Of a DNA stretch of 45,521 nt, positions 1-10,303 are shown piece after piece (position 1 is the first letter of the stretch; each line of letters starts with the position of its first letter). This stretch comes from Aquifex sp. (GTDB taxonomy: Bacteria > Aquificota > Aquificia > Aquificales > Aquificaceae). The stretch is from positions 1-45,521 of the forward strand of contig QNXQ01000121.1 in NCBI GenBank assembly GCA_003978875.1, given 5' to 3'. The notes below the pieces were generated by a model. It had not been told where the DNA came from. It worked only from the letters and a program-made list of their open reading frames with translations, and did no database searches. The translations under genes and the position numbers were made by a program.

Positions 1-151
1 TTTTTTTAATGTTTTATCTTTACCAGCTATAACTCTTTTTTCTTTAGATTTAGATTTTTTATCTTCAGGTTCTTCTTCTCCACTCACCCATCTCTGCGTT
101 AAATCTTTGTTAGCAAATGACCTACGAGTACCATCATCTCTTTCACCTCTC

Positions 152-572
152 CAATTACCCTTATTAGTTTTCCCATTTGAAGTAGAGTTAGAGGCGAAAT
201 ATTTAACATTTAGCAATACCGAGGAGCACAAGTACGGTATCAAAAGATTTATAAAGCTAAAAGAAAACGTATTTGCTTTAGGTTTTTATTCTTCCCGGAA
301 AATACCTTTTCGCTGCAAAAAGCGGTGTTTCCTATAAGTTTTTACACGTAGAAGCTTTTGTCGGAAATAGATTGTTTTTCTATGAAGAAGAAGGCTTTGA
401 ATTTCACAGTCACCCTGAGAAACATTTATACGGAGGCAAGGTCAAGCTTTCCCATGAGATAAAGGATTTCAAGTTTTCTGGAAAGTTTCTACTATCCTTT
501 TACAGGGAACTTGAATCTTCACGAAGGGCAAAAATATTCAGTATAGGCGTTAGTGTTGAGAAGGAATTTTAA
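152..572 (+). pseudogene. Frameshifted/5'-disrupted gene, possibly an outer-membrane beta-barrel protein
   Basis: Frame 2 reads LPLLVFPFEVELEAKY...ENVFALGF, then protein-like sequence continues in frame 3 from ~291 (LPGKYLFAAKSGVSYKF...SIGVSVEKEF*). The switch falls at the T-run GGTTTTTATT (281-290). It ends in a terminal Phe with alternating hydrophobic residues, and no convincing start codon is seen. Confidence 0.35.
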
Positions 573-617
573 ATAGAAAGAGACACCTTCTAAATACACG
601 AAGTAAAATAATTTCCG

Positions 618-1466
618 ATGCCACTCTTATTTAAGAAAATAAAAGACCTAAGGAATTATTTGAAGAGGAGAAAGTGTGAAGGGAAGGAAGTAGGTTTTGT
701 ACCCACAATGGGTTATCTCCATAAAGGGCATAGAGAACTTATAAAGTTAGCCAGAATGCAGAACGATATTGTAGTAGTAAGCATTTTTGTAAATCCAACC
801 CAATTTGGAGAAGGAGAAGACTACGATAGATACCCGAGGGATTTAGAAAGGGATTTGGCTATATGTGAAGAAGAGGGTGTAGATGTTGTTTTTGCTCCCG
901 AAGTGGAAGAAATATATCCTAAGGGTTATAGAACCAGGGTCTGTGTGGGGGAACTCGGAAATGTACTGGAAGGAGCATTTAGACCGGGCCACTTTGACGG
1001 TGTAGCGACAATAGTTGTAAAACTTTTCAACATAGTTCAACCAAACAGAGCTTATTTCGGAGAAAAGGATTATCAGCAGTTAAAAATAATCCAGCAGATT
1101 GTTGAGGATTTAAACATTCCCGTTGAAATAATTCCTGTTCCAATAGTGAGAGAGGAGGATGGACTTGCCTACAGTTCAAGAAATGTTTATCTATCTCCAG
1201 AGGAAAGGGAATCAGCTCTTGCAATATACAAGTCATTTCAATTAGCTGAAAAAATGATAAAAGCAGGTGAAAGGGATGCAAAAAGGATAAAGGAAGCTAT
1301 TAGGGCTTTTATAGAACGTCATCCTCATGTCAAGGGGATAGACTACGTTGAGATTACCGATGAAAACTTAAAACCAAAGGAAACAGTAGGAAAAGGTGAT
1401 AGAATTCTGGTTGCGGTAAGAGTCGGGAATACAAGGTTAATAGACAATTGGAAGGTGGAACTTTGA
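618..1466 (+). CDS. panC: Pantoate--beta-alanine ligase (pantothenate synthetase)
   Basis: [47 protein letters not shown] motifs. Confidence 0.98.
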   Translation: MPLLFKKIKDLRNYLKRRKCEGKEVGFVPTMGYLHKGHRELIKLARMQNDIVVVSIFVNPTQFGEGEDYDRYPRDLERDLAICEEEGVDVVFAPEVEEIYPKGYRTRVCVGELGNVLEGAFRPGHFDGVATIVVKLFNIVQPNRAYFGEKDYQQLKIIQQIVEDLNIPVEIIPVPIVREEDGLAYSSRNVYLSPEERESALAIYKSFQLAEKMIKAGERDAKRIKEAIRAFIERHPHVKGIDYVEITDENLKPKETVGKGDRILVAVRVGNTRLIDNWKVEL

Positions 1467-2374
1467 AACGCATTCTCTTTATGGGAACGCCTCAATTTGC
1501 GGTACCTAGTTTAGAAGAGTTAATTAAAAATTTCGAAGTTATAGGTGTAGTTTCTCAACCAGATAAACCTGCGGGAAGAGGAAAAAAATTAACACCTCCA
1601 CCTACGAAGGTTTTGGCTCAAAAATATGGAATTTCCGTATATCAGCCCGAGAAAAAGCGTGAATTAATCCCTTTGGTAAAAGATTTAAATCCCGATTGTA
1701 TAGTAGTAGTAGCCTACGGAAAAATCTTACCCAAAGAAGTTCTGGAAGTACCACCTTACAGAGTTATAAACTTGCACGCTTCTCTACTTCCCAAATACAG
1801 AGGAGCGGCTCCCATCCAAAGAGCTCTTATGGCTGGAGAAAAGGAAACCGGAAATACGGTAATGCTTGTGAATGAAGAAATGGATGCGGGAGACATTCTT
1901 TCACAAGAGGTTATAAAAATTGAAGAGGAAGATAACTTTTACTCTCTTTCTGAAAAACTCGCCCAAAGTGGTGCAAAACTTCTTGTAAAAACTTTAAAAG
2001 AATGGTTTGAAGGGAAAATTAAACCGATACCTCAAAATCATAAAGAAGCAACCTATGCTCCTCCAATCCAAAGAGAAGAGTTCAGAATATGCTGGGATGC
2101 TCCCGCAGAAAGTGTAAACGGGAGAATAAGAGGAGTTTATCCTAACGCCTATACCTTCTTCAAAGGAAACAGAATCAAGATACTGAAAGCTAAAGTAGTT
2201 GATATAGAAGGTTATCCCGGAGAAATTCAGGATACGAAAAAATTTATCGTAGCTTGTGGAGAAAAAAGCTTAGAAATCCTAGAGTTAATCTCTCCGAAAG
2301 GCAAAAGGATGACGGGAGAAGAATTCATGAGGGGCTATAGACCTCAGTTATTTGAATCATTGAAATTACAATGA
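1463..2374 (+). CDS. fmt: Methionyl-tRNA formyltransferase
   Basis: [45 protein letters not shown] at 1463 overlapping the panC stop is preferred over 1448. Confidence 0.97.
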   Translation: MKRILFMGTPQFAVPSLEELIKNFEVIGVVSQPDKPAGRGKKLTPPPTKVLAQKYGISVYQPEKKRELIPLVKDLNPDCIVVVAYGKILPKEVLEVPPYRVINLHASLLPKYRGAAPIQRALMAGEKETGNTVMLVNEEMDAGDILSQEVIKIEEEDNFYSLSEKLAQSGAKLLVKTLKEWFEGKIKPIPQNHKEATYAPPIQREEFRICWDAPAESVNGRIRGVYPNAYTFFKGNRIKILKAKVVDIEGYPGEIQDTKKFIVACGEKSLEILELISPKGKRMTGEEFMRGYRPQLFESLKLQ

Positions 2375-2703
2375 CAATAAGGACAAACCTTTGCTCTTCT
2401 CGGTATTGCCATATTACACATAGAACAAATCCTTTTTCCAGTAAAGAACGTAAAGGGTGGTATATGGAAAAGAGAATTGCCTATGTAAATGACAAAGATA
2501 ACTATGAAAATAATCCCCCAAGCTTGTAAAAGAGCAGATGTATCCATTTTCAATTTTAACCATATATATGTAGTGAGAAGGGAAGAAACCCAAAAGGCAA
2601 ATCGCTTAGCTAAAAAAACGGTAGCGATTAAGTAAACTAAAGCCATCCAGATGAAAAAGATTACAAGAGGTTCCTCCAGAATTTTCAAGACCTCTTTACT
2701 CAC
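2344..2703 (-). CDS. Hypothetical membrane protein with C-terminal zinc-ribbon (CSMC...CPYC)
   Basis: Three hydrophobic segments followed by two CxxC pairs; GTG start overlaps the stop of the upstream small ORF. Confidence 0.75.
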   Translation of the reverse strand: MSKEVLKILEEPLVIFFIWMALVYLIATVFLAKRFAFWVSSLLTTYIWLKLKMDTSALLQAWGIIFIVIFVIYIGNSLFHIPPFTFFTGKRICSMCNMAIPRRAKVCPYCHCNFNDSNN

Positions 2704-2816
2704 TCCCGTCTCCCTTTCTTTTCTTTCCAGAAAAGGTATAATACCACTGCAAAAGCTACAATCCCGAACAATACACCACCTATGAATAGAACTATTATCA
2801 GACTCAAGTTATCCAT
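2700..2816 (-). CDS. Small single-pass membrane protein, 38 aa ([38 protein letters not shown]), not in ORF track
   Basis: Read by hand: ATG 2816, TGA 2700-2702. One TM helix followed by a basic tail; GTGA overlap with the next gene; TAAAAT 8 nt upstream of ATG. Confidence 0.65.
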   Translation of the reverse strand: MDNLSLIIVLFIGGVLFGIVAFAVVLYLFWKEKKGRRE

Positions 2817-2836
2817 TTAAATACATTTTAAGTATT

Positions 2837-3733
2837 ATGAAGTATCCCTCTTATTTGAATCTTTACGAGACAGGAGAGCTGGAAAGGAGAGTAGAAAAAG
2901 CTCTGGGCATGCTAAAGGAATGCAAGGTATGTCCTCACAAATGTAACGTAGATAGAACGAAAAATGAAAAGGGATACTGCAAAGTGGGAAGGTATGCAAT
3001 TGTCGCAGATTACTTCCCTCACTTAGGTGAAGAATTTCCAATCAGAGGATACAGGGGAAGTGGAACAATATTCTTTTCCTATTGCAATATGAGATGTGTT
3101 TATTGTCAAAATTACGACGTCAGCCATCACGGTGTCGGGAGAATAATGAAACCTGAAGACCTTGCTCAGGTTATGCTTGAATTGCAAGATTACGGTTGCC
3201 ATAACATAAACTTGGTAACTCCTTCACACGTAGTTCCTCAGATACTTGAAGCACTGCTGATAGCTGTTGAAAAAGGCCTTAGAATTCCGATAGTCTACAA
3301 TACTTCTTCCTTTGATTCTTTAGAAACGTTAAAACTCTTGGACGGAATAGTAGATATATATCTCGCGGATTTGAAATATTTAAACAAGGGATTCGGGAGA
3401 AAGTACTCAAAGGTAAAAGACTATCCTTCCGCCGCAAAAAAAGCTATAGTGGAAATGTACAGGCAAGTAGGAAATCTAAGAGTAGACGAGAAAGGTATAG
3501 CAGTGAGGGGACTTCTCATAAGACATCTCGTTCTTCCCAACGATATATCGACAACCAAAGAGGTTATGGAGTTTCTGAGGAGTATAGACCCTTCTCTTGC
3601 TATAAATGTTATGAAACAATACTTTCCTCATTACAAAGCATGGGATTACCCCGAACTATCGAGAAGAATTACAGAAGCTGAATACAGAAAAGCTCTTGAA
3701 GAAGCAAAAGGCTTTACGCTTATACTGGACTAA
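2837..3733 (+). CDS. Radical SAM protein, PflX-like (PFL-activating-enzyme-related)
   Basis: CNMRCVYCQN CxxxCxxC, N-terminal CKVCPHKC, GSGTIFF, HNINLVTPSH, RHLVLP. Confidence 0.85.
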   Translation: MKYPSYLNLYETGELERRVEKALGMLKECKVCPHKCNVDRTKNEKGYCKVGRYAIVADYFPHLGEEFPIRGYRGSGTIFFSYCNMRCVYCQNYDVSHHGVGRIMKPEDLAQVMLELQDYGCHNINLVTPSHVVPQILEALLIAVEKGLRIPIVYNTSSFDSLETLKLLDGIVDIYLADLKYLNKGFGRKYSKVKDYPSAAKKAIVEMYRQVGNLRVDEKGIAVRGLLIRHLVLPNDISTTKEVMEFLRSIDPSLAINVMKQYFPHYKAWDYPELSRRITEAEYRKALEEAKGFTLILD

Positions 3734-3744
3734 AATTAAAGTTT

Positions 3745-4578
3745 ATGGAAGTAACATTTTTGAGTGCATTTTTAGCAGGAGTACTTTCTTTTCTTTCTCC
3801 CTGTATACTTCCTATAATTCCCGCATATCTCTCGTATATATCCGGAGTGGGATTAGGGGAGTTAGAAAGAGAGAAAAAAATAATAAACTGGAAGGTATTC
3901 TTTTCAGCCCTTTACTTTGTTCTTGGGTTTTCCATTGTATTTACAGGATTAGGAGCAAGTGCAACATTTATAGGTCAACTTCTTCAGGAATACCAGGAAT
4001 GGATTATCAGGATAGGGAGCGGATTAGTAATATTCTTCGGACTGCATTTTTCGGGACTGTTCCTCTGGAAACACTTTCTGAAAGCGTATATAGCGGTCGG
4101 TCTTATTATACCGATTCTTTATTCCCTAAATCTTGTAAGAGGTGAAGAGCTTTTCAATCTGGCCTTTGCCTACACCGTAGTTCTAATACTTTATCTCTTT
4201 AAAGTTCACGAGTTTTTATACAGACAGCTGAAAATAGAAGCAAAAGCAGAACTGTCTTATGTGGGAGCCTTTATTATGGGTGTAGTTTTTGCCTTCGGTT
4301 GGAGTCCGTGCATAGGACCGGTTCTGGGCTCTATTCTCTTTTTAGCATCTCAGCAAGAAACCGTTGCAAAAGGAGCCATGCTGCTACTTACATACTCGGT
4401 AGGCTTAGGAATTCCTTTCCTTTTAGCGGGTCTTCTCTTCTCCTTCTTCCTTAATTTTGTAAAGGCCTTTTCAAAATACTTCAAGTACGTTGAAATAATC
4501 GGCGGTATTCTCCTAATTTCTTTAGGAATTCTACTCGCTTTGGATAAATTATCCCTTCTTGCTAATATAACTTTCTGA
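3745..4578 (+). CDS. ccdA: Cytochrome c biogenesis protein CcdA (DsbD TM domain)
   Basis: SFLSPCILPIIP and FAFGWSPCIGPVL redox Cys motifs. Confidence 0.92.
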   Translation: MEVTFLSAFLAGVLSFLSPCILPIIPAYLSYISGVGLGELEREKKIINWKVFFSALYFVLGFSIVFTGLGASATFIGQLLQEYQEWIIRIGSGLVIFFGLHFSGLFLWKHFLKAYIAVGLIIPILYSLNLVRGEELFNLAFAYTVVLILYLFKVHEFLYRQLKIEAKAELSYVGAFIMGVVFAFGWSPCIGPVLGSILFLASQQETVAKGAMLLLTYSVGLGIPFLLAGLLFSFFLNFVKAFSKYFKYVEIIGGILLISLGILLALDKLSLLANITF

Positions 4579-5201
4579 TGAGAACTATAGTAATAGACTA
4601 CGGAATGGGAAATTTGCGAAGTGTAGCAAAAGCCCTTGAAACCGTAGGTTTCCCAGATGTTTTAATCACAGGGGATTACAGAAAAGTAGAAACTGCGGAT
4701 ATACTTGTTCTTCCTGGAGTGGGTGCTTTTGGAGACGCTATAAAAAATCTTGAGGAATTAGGATTAATAGAATCAATAAGAAAACACATAGAAAAGGGAA
4801 AACCCTTTTTAGGAATATGTCTAGGATTACAGTTATTGTTTGAAAAAAGCTATGAGCACGGAGAACATAAAGGTCTGGGTGTCTTTAAAGGTGAAGTTAG
4901 ACTTCTTCCTACAGGAGTAAAAATTCCACATATCGGTTGGAATCAGCTTTGGTTTAAAAGGGAAAGCGAGATACTTGAAGGAATAAAAGAAGGAGATTTC
5001 TTTTACTTTGTCCACTCATACAGAGTTATTCCCAAAGAAGAGGAAATTGTATTAACTACCACAGATTACGGAGAGTATTTTGTTTCCTCAGTGCTGGTTG
5101 ATAATCTCTTAGCCGTTCAGTTCCATCCCGAGAAAAGCCAAAAAAAGGGGTTAAAGCTCTTAGAAAATTTTAGGAAAAAAGCGGAAAAGGCAATTTCTTA
5201 A
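4578..5201 (+). CDS. hisH: Imidazole glycerol phosphate synthase, glutamine amidotransferase subunit
   Basis: IDYGMGNL, LPGVGAF, LGICLGLQ, PHIGWN, YFVHSY, QFHPEKS. Confidence 0.97.
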   Translation: MRTIVIDYGMGNLRSVAKALETVGFPDVLITGDYRKVETADILVLPGVGAFGDAIKNLEELGLIESIRKHIEKGKPFLGICLGLQLLFEKSYEHGEHKGLGVFKGEVRLLPTGVKIPHIGWNQLWFKRESEILEGIKEGDFFYFVHSYRVIPKEEEIVLTTTDYGEYFVSSVLVDNLLAVQFHPEKSQKKGLKLLENFRKKAEKAIS

Positions 5202-5713
5202 TCTTCTCCTTGAAGTGCAGGCTTCTCCATCATACCCTTTCCGCGACCGTGTATTCCTCTCCCGTGTCCATGGAACTTCCTTATCATTTCTTCCCATGAC
5301 CCTTCATACCTGTGATACATCCAGTAAGCAACCGCTTCCTTTTCTTCTTCCGATAGACCCTTTCCTATGGGAGGCATAACACCGAAGAGTTTAAAAGCCA
5401 TGGGCATACATACTCCTTTTTCCCTCATGGGCTCCGTTATATAGTTCTTTACAAATTCAATAAAGTCTTCCTCTTCTGGGTAAAAGTGTTTAACTCTTAA
5501 AGCTACCTCGTTCATGGGCGGGGCCTGAATGGGTGGTTTTTCACCCTTCATTACTCTCATTCTCACCTGACGTATTTCCTCATGGGACATATACTCAACG
5601 TGACAAGCACTGCAACTCTTTTTAAAGACCTCATAACCCTTTTTCATTAGTTCTTCGCTGGGAATTGCAAATATTGGTAGGACAAAAGTAAGTCCGAGGA
5701 AAAATTTTTTCAT
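5198..5713 (-). CDS. Exported monoheme c-type cytochrome
   Basis: Signal peptide, CSACH, APPM and FGVMP motifs, His/Gly-rich tail; strong SD AAGGAGGT. Confidence 0.88.
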   Translation of the reverse strand: MKKFFLGLTFVLPIFAIPSEELMKKGYEVFKKSCSACHVEYMSHEEIRQVRMRVMKGEKPPIQAPPMNEVALRVKHFYPEEEDFIEFVKNYITEPMREKGVCMPMAFKLFGVMPPIGKGLSEEEKEAVAYWMYHRYEGSWEEMIRKFHGHGRGIHGRGKGMMEKPALQGED

Positions 5714-5767
5714 CCCACATACCTCCTTAGTAAATTCTAATTTACTTTTTGTGAAATGATACGAGTA

Positions 5768-5796
5768 TTGACATAAAATTTGAAGCTTTTTATATT
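5768..5796 (+). promoter_or_regulatory. Sigma70 promoter for SRP RNA-dnaX
   Basis: TTGACA (5768-5773), 17 bp, TATATT (5791-5796), ~9 nt before the RNA 5' stem. Confidence 0.75.
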
Positions 5797-5805
5797 AGAT
5801 AATTA

Positions 5806-5882
5806 GCCCTGCGGCGGGACAGGGTGAACTCCCCCAGGCCCGAAAGGGAGCAAGGGTAAGCCCGCCGTCCCGTGCGCAGGGT
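5806..5882 (+). ncRNA. ffs: Small bacterial signal recognition particle RNA (4.5S)
   Basis: Long GC-rich hairpin (GCCCTGCG/CGCAGGGT, GCGGGAC/GTCCCGT) with the helix-8 signature CAGG-CCC-GAAA-GGG-AGCA; lies upstream of dnaX. Confidence 0.93.
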
Positions 5883-5928
5883 CTTTTATTTTAATCAAAT
5901 CCTCAGTATTTCCTCGGGGGTGAACCTT

Positions 5929-6156
5929 ATGACTTCAGCTTCTATTGCGGAAAAACTAAGAAAACTGAAAGAAAGAAGAAAAAATGGTGAGATAGATGCA
6001 AGGGTATTTTATATATCTCTTCTTCAACTTACAACGGAACTTTTAAACGAGTTAGAACATGAAGACATATCCGATGAAGATGTAAAAAAACAAATTCCCT
6101 TAATTCTTACCTTTCTAGAAGAACAGATATCTAAGTATGCTCAAAGAGGTCATTGA
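5929..6156 (+). CDS. Hypothetical helical protein, 75 aa
   Basis: SD GGGGTGA before ATG 5929; stop overlaps the dnaX ATG. The ORF-track start at 5872 lies inside the SRP RNA. Confidence 0.75.
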   Translation: MTSASIAEKLRKLKERRKNGEIDARVFYISLLQLTTELLNELEHEDISDEDVKKQIPLILTFLEEQISKYAQRGH

Positions 6157-7586
6157 TGGCTTACATTCCTTTTGCAAGAAAATATAGACCTAAATTCTTT
6201 AAAGAGGTCATAGGTCAAGATGCACCCGTACGTATTTTAAAAAACGCTATTCGGAATAACAGGGTAGCCCACGCTTATTTATTTGCAGGACCCAGGGGAG
6301 TAGGTAAAACAACCATAGCGAGGATTTTGGCAAAAGCCTTGAACTGTAAAAATCCCTCTGAAGGAGAACCTTGCGGAGAATGTGAACACTGCAGGGAAAT
6401 AGATAGGGGAATATTTCCAGACCTTATAGAAATGGACGCTGCCTCAAACAGAGGTATAGACGATATCAGAACACTAAAGGAAGCGGTAAATTACAAACCC
6501 ATTAAAGGGAAATACAAAGTTTATATTATCGACGAAGCACACATGCTTACAAAAGAGGCATTCAACGCCCTACTTAAAACCCTTGAAGAACCACCCCAAA
6601 ATACCGTTTTCGTTCTGTGTACCACCGAGTACGATAAAATTCTCCCCACCATACTTTCCAGATGCCAAAGGATAATTTTCTCAAAGGTGTCAAAAGAAAA
6701 AGTTATCGAATACCTCAAGAAAATTTGCGAAAAGGAAAACATCGAGTATGAAGAAAAGGCACTTGAACTTTTAGCCCATGCCTCGGAAGGATGTATGAGA
6801 GATGCCGCCTCTCTTTTAGACCAGGCAAGCGTATACGGTGAAGGAAAGGTAAAGAGAGAAGTAGTTGAGAACTTCTTAGGCATATTGAGTCAGGAAACGG
6901 TAAGAAAATTTTTAAGGTTCCTTTTAAATTCAGAAGTTGATGAAGCTATAAAGTTTTTAAATGAGCTCTCCGAAAAGGGATATAACCTCGGAAAGTTTTG
7001 GGAAATGCTTGAAGAGGAAGTAAGAAATGCTATCCTCGTAAAAAGCTTAAAAAATCCCCAGCTCATAGTAGAAAACTGGAAAGATTACGAAGAGTTTAAA
7101 GAATTTCCCTTAGAGGCACTCCTTTACGTTGAGAATTTAATAAATAGAGGAAAAGTAGAAGCGAGAACAAGAGAACCCTTAAGGGCTTACGAACTTGCAG
7201 TAATAAAGAGCTTAATAGTAAATGAGATACTTCCCATTTCTCAACTTGGGAAGATTATCGGAAAAGAAAGTAGCCAAAAAGAGAATAATGATAAACCTAA
7301 AGAAGAGGAAACCGTAGAAAAAACACCCAAGGAAAAAGAGATATCTCCTAAGGCGAACATAGAAGAAGTTATAAATTCTATACAAAAACACCTTATAAGA
7401 AGAATAATCGAGGATGCTGAAAAGGAAGAAAGAGATGGAAAGATAGTTATTAAGGTTGATGCAAGCCACTACAAAAGCTATAAAAAAGAATTTGAAAAAC
7501 TAAAAGAACTGTATCCTTTTCTTGAATATGAACTTTTAGAAGTAAAAAAAAAGAGTTCAGACCAGAACAAGATGAAGCTGTTCTGA
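6156..7586 (+). CDS. dnaX: DNA polymerase III subunits gamma/tau (0-frame product, 476 aa; alternative -1 product ends at 7648)
   Basis: ARKYRP, GPRGVGKTT, zinc-module Cys residues, DAASN, IIDEAHML, SRC. Confidence 0.98.
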   Translation: MAYIPFARKYRPKFFKEVIGQDAPVRILKNAIRNNRVAHAYLFAGPRGVGKTTIARILAKALNCKNPSEGEPCGECEHCREIDRGIFPDLIEMDAASNRGIDDIRTLKEAVNYKPIKGKYKVYIIDEAHMLTKEAFNALLKTLEEPPQNTVFVLCTTEYDKILPTILSRCQRIIFSKVSKEKVIEYLKKICEKENIEYEEKALELLAHASEGCMRDAASLLDQASVYGEGKVKREVVENFLGILSQETVRKFLRFLLNSEVDEAIKFLNELSEKGYNLGKFWEMLEEEVRNAILVKSLKNPQLIVENWKDYEEFKEFPLEALLYVENLINRGKVEARTREPLRAYELAVIKSLIVNEILPISQLGKIIGKESSQKENNDKPKEEETVEKTPKEKEISPKANIEEVINSIQKHLIRRIIEDAEKEERDGKIVIKVDASHYKSYKKEFEKLKELYPFLEYELLEVKKKSSDQNKMKLF

Positions 7587-7604
7587 AGGTAAAGGAGTTG
7601 TTCA

Positions 7605-7868
7605 ATGCAAAAATACTCAAAGTACGAGATAAAGGCAAAGGTAATTAAAGTAAGAATGCCTGTTGAAGAAGTAGGTTTATTCAATTCGTTAATAGACGGT
7701 CTTCCCAGATATGCACTTACCAGAACAAAGGAAAAGGGAACGGGAGAAGTATTTGTTTTGGTAACTCCTTACAAGGTGAAGGAGCTAATGGAAGCGTTGG
7801 AAGGAATGAAAAAGCACATTAAAAACTTGGAAATACTCGGAGAGACGGACGAAGAACTTACCTTTTGA
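7605..7868 (+). CDS. Hypothetical protein (resembles DUF4911-type small alpha/beta proteins)
   Basis: SD AAGGAG, 87 aa. The family call rests only on the A-x-x-R-T...G...P pattern. Confidence 0.7.
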   Translation: MQKYSKYEIKAKVIKVRMPVEEVGLFNSLIDGLPRYALTRTKEKGTGEVFVLVTPYKVKELMEALEGMKKHIKNLEILGETDEELTF

Positions 7869-7887
7869 AGGAATATCTTTAAATCTT

Positions 7888-9879
7888 ATGGAAAAAGTTC
7901 ACTCCTTTAAACTAATATCGGATTTAAAACCCGCGGGAGACCAGCCTAAGGCCATAGAACAACTCTTAAACAACCTGGAAAGGGGAGTAAAGGAACAAGT
8001 TTTACTGGGTGCTACGGGTACCGGAAAAACCTTTACACTTGCAAATGTAATAGCTAGGTACAATAAGCCCACCCTTGTGGTAGTTCATAACAAAATTCTT
8101 GCAGCACAACTATACAGAGAATTCAAGGAGCTTTTTCCCGAGAATGCGGTTGAATATTTTGTGTCTTACTACGACTACTATCAACCTGAAGCTTATATTC
8201 CTGAAAAGGATTTGTATATAGAAAAAGACGCAAGCATAAACGAAACCTTAGAAAGGTATAGACACTCCGCGACTATATCCGTCCTTGAAAGAAGAGATGT
8301 AATAGTTGTAGCATCTGTGTCTTGTATATACGGACTCGGTAAACCAGAACATTACGAAAAGCTCAGAATAAAGCTGGAGAAAGGTATAAGGCTTAACTTA
8401 AGTAAATTCCTGAGAAAACTTGTAGAGCTTGGATATCAAAGGAACGATTTTGCTGTAAAGAGGGCAACTTTTTCCGTGAGAGGTGACTGTGTAGAAGTCG
8501 TTCCTTCACAGACGGAAGATTACGTGGTAAGGATTGAATTCTGGGATGATGAGGTTGAAAGGATTGTTTTGATGGATGCTTTAAACAGACACGTAATAAA
8601 GGAAGTAGAAACCTTTTCTTTGTTTCCGGCATCTCACTACATAGCACCTAGACCAACCGTAGAACAAGCCCTTGAGCAGATAGAAAGGGACTTGGAAGAA
8701 AGGGTCAGATGGTTTAAAAAACAGGGAAGGGAAGTTGAAGCTCAAAGGCTTTATCAGAGAACTATGTACGACATTGAAATGATAAGGGAATTGGGTCATT
8801 GTAAGGGAATCGAGAACTATTCCAGATACTTTGATGGCAGAAAACCCGGAGAACCTCCATTTACCCTACTTGATTATTTTCCCGAAGATTTCCTTCTCAT
8901 AATAGATGAATCCCATATGACCATCCCACAGCTTAGAGCTATGTATAACGGAGATAGAAGTAGAAAAGAAAAACTGGTGAAATACGGATGGAGGCTTCCC
9001 TCAGCTCTCGACAACAGACCCCTTAAATTTGAAGAATTTCTGGAAAGGATAAATCAGGTAATTTACGTTTCGGCTACTCCGGGGGAATGGGAGATAAAAC
9101 GTAGTAAAGGGTGTATTGTAGAACAAATAGTAAGACCAACGGGACTACTAGACCCTGTTGTTGAAGTACGTCCCAAGATGAACCAACTGGAAGATTTAAT
9201 TAAGGAAATCAAAGAAGTGAAAAAGAGAAAAGAAAGAGCTTTGGTTTTAACAACCACAAAAAGGCTTGCAGAGGAAGTAGCAGATTACTTTACGGAAAGA
9301 AAAATTAGAGCAAAGTATATGCACTCAGACCTCGATGCCATAGAGAGAGCTCAGCTTATAAGAGAACTAAGAGAAGGAAGCATAGACGTAATTGTTGGAG
9401 TGAATCTTCTGAGGGAAGGCCTCGATTTACCCGAAGTTTCACTCGTAGCAATTCTCGAAGCGGATAAGGAAGGATTTTTAAGAAGTTATCAAGCATTAAT
9501 ACAAACGATAGGAAGAGCTGCAAGGAATGTTCACGGCAAGGCAATACTTTACGCGGACAGAATAACAAAATCCATGGAAAAAGCTATAGAGGAAACCTTA
9601 AGGAGGAGAAAAATACAAGAGGAGTATAACAGGAGACATGGAATTACACCAAAATCTATTCAAAAACCGGTAAAGGAACTCCTTGCCATAGAGGAATTGG
9701 ATTACGTTCAGCTTCCATCGGATATACCAAAAGGTATAAAATCGGAGGAAGACATAATAAAGAAAATAGAAAAACTCGAAAAGGAAATGTGGAAATACGC
9801 TCAGAACTGGGAGTTCGAAAAAGCAGCGAAAATAAGAGACGAAATTAAGAAACTAAAGAAACTCTTAGGATTAGAATAA
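7888..9879 (+). CDS. uvrB: Excinuclease ABC subunit B
   Basis: [47 protein letters not shown]-terminal UVR domain. Confidence 0.99.
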   Translation: MEKVHSFKLISDLKPAGDQPKAIEQLLNNLERGVKEQVLLGATGTGKTFTLANVIARYNKPTLVVVHNKILAAQLYREFKELFPENAVEYFVSYYDYYQPEAYIPEKDLYIEKDASINETLERYRHSATISVLERRDVIVVASVSCIYGLGKPEHYEKLRIKLEKGIRLNLSKFLRKLVELGYQRNDFAVKRATFSVRGDCVEVVPSQTEDYVVRIEFWDDEVERIVLMDALNRHVIKEVETFSLFPASHYIAPRPTVEQALEQIERDLEERVRWFKKQGREVEAQRLYQRTMYDIEMIRELGHCKGIENYSRYFDGRKPGEPPFTLLDYFPEDFLLIIDESHMTIPQLRAMYNGDRSRKEKLVKYGWRLPSALDNRPLKFEEFLERINQVIYVSATPGEWEIKRSKGCIVEQIVRPTGLLDPVVEVRPKMNQLEDLIKEIKEVKKRKERALVLTTTKRLAEEVADYFTERKIRAKYMHSDLDAIERAQLIRELREGSIDVIVGVNLLREGLDLPEVSLVAILEADKEGFLRSYQALIQTIGRAARNVHGKAILYADRITKSMEKAIEETLRRRKIQEEYNRRHGITPKSIQKPVKELLAIEELDYVQLPSDIPKGIKSEEDIIKKIEKLEKEMWKYAQNWEFEKAAKIRDEIKKLKKLLGLE

Positions 9880-9906
9880 AAGGAAAAAGCGGCCACCCTT
9901 AGCCGC
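9878..9906 (-). terminator. Intrinsic terminator after iscA
   Basis: Minus strand GCGGC-TAAGGGTG-GCCGC-TTTTTCCTTTT, overlapping the stop codon. Confidence 0.6.
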
Positions 9907-10249
9907 AAGAGAAGGAGCTTCCGCAACCACAGCTTCCTGTAGCGTTGGGGTTTCTTATAGTAAATCCACCACCCATAAAGTCTACAACATAGTCAAGCTC
10001 TGCACCGTTAACGTAAGGCATGGAGAATGGGTCTATTACAACTTTAACTCCATCGTATTCGAATACGTGGTCTCCCTCTTCTACGGTATCATCGAATCCC
10101 ATAGCGTATTGGAATCCGGAACATCCTCCGGGAACTACTCTGATTCTGAGTATAGGATTTTCAATATTATTTTCTTGAGCTACCTTTTTGATTTCCTCAA
10201 CAGCTTTCTCCGTTACTTTAAAAATAAATTGTTGAGTTTGTTCTTGCAT
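9899..10249 (-). CDS. iscA: A-type Fe-S carrier protein (IscA/ErpA/HesB family)
   Basis: GGCSGFQY and NPNA...CGCGSSF motifs. Confidence 0.95.
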   Translation of the reverse strand: MQEQTQQFIFKVTEKAVEEIKKVAQENNIENPILRIRVVPGGCSGFQYAMGFDDTVEEGDHVFEYDGVKVVIDPFSMPYVNGAELDYVVDFMGGGFTIRNPNATGSCGCGSSFSCG

Positions 10250-10303
10250 CACTCCTACCTCCTTTACTTAATTCTCAATTACTTTGAAAATAAAATATTA
10301 ATT

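Noticed and set aside
5872-5928. N-terminal extension of the ORF upstream of dnaX
   Set aside because: Starts inside the SRP RNA stem; a good SD precedes ATG 5929
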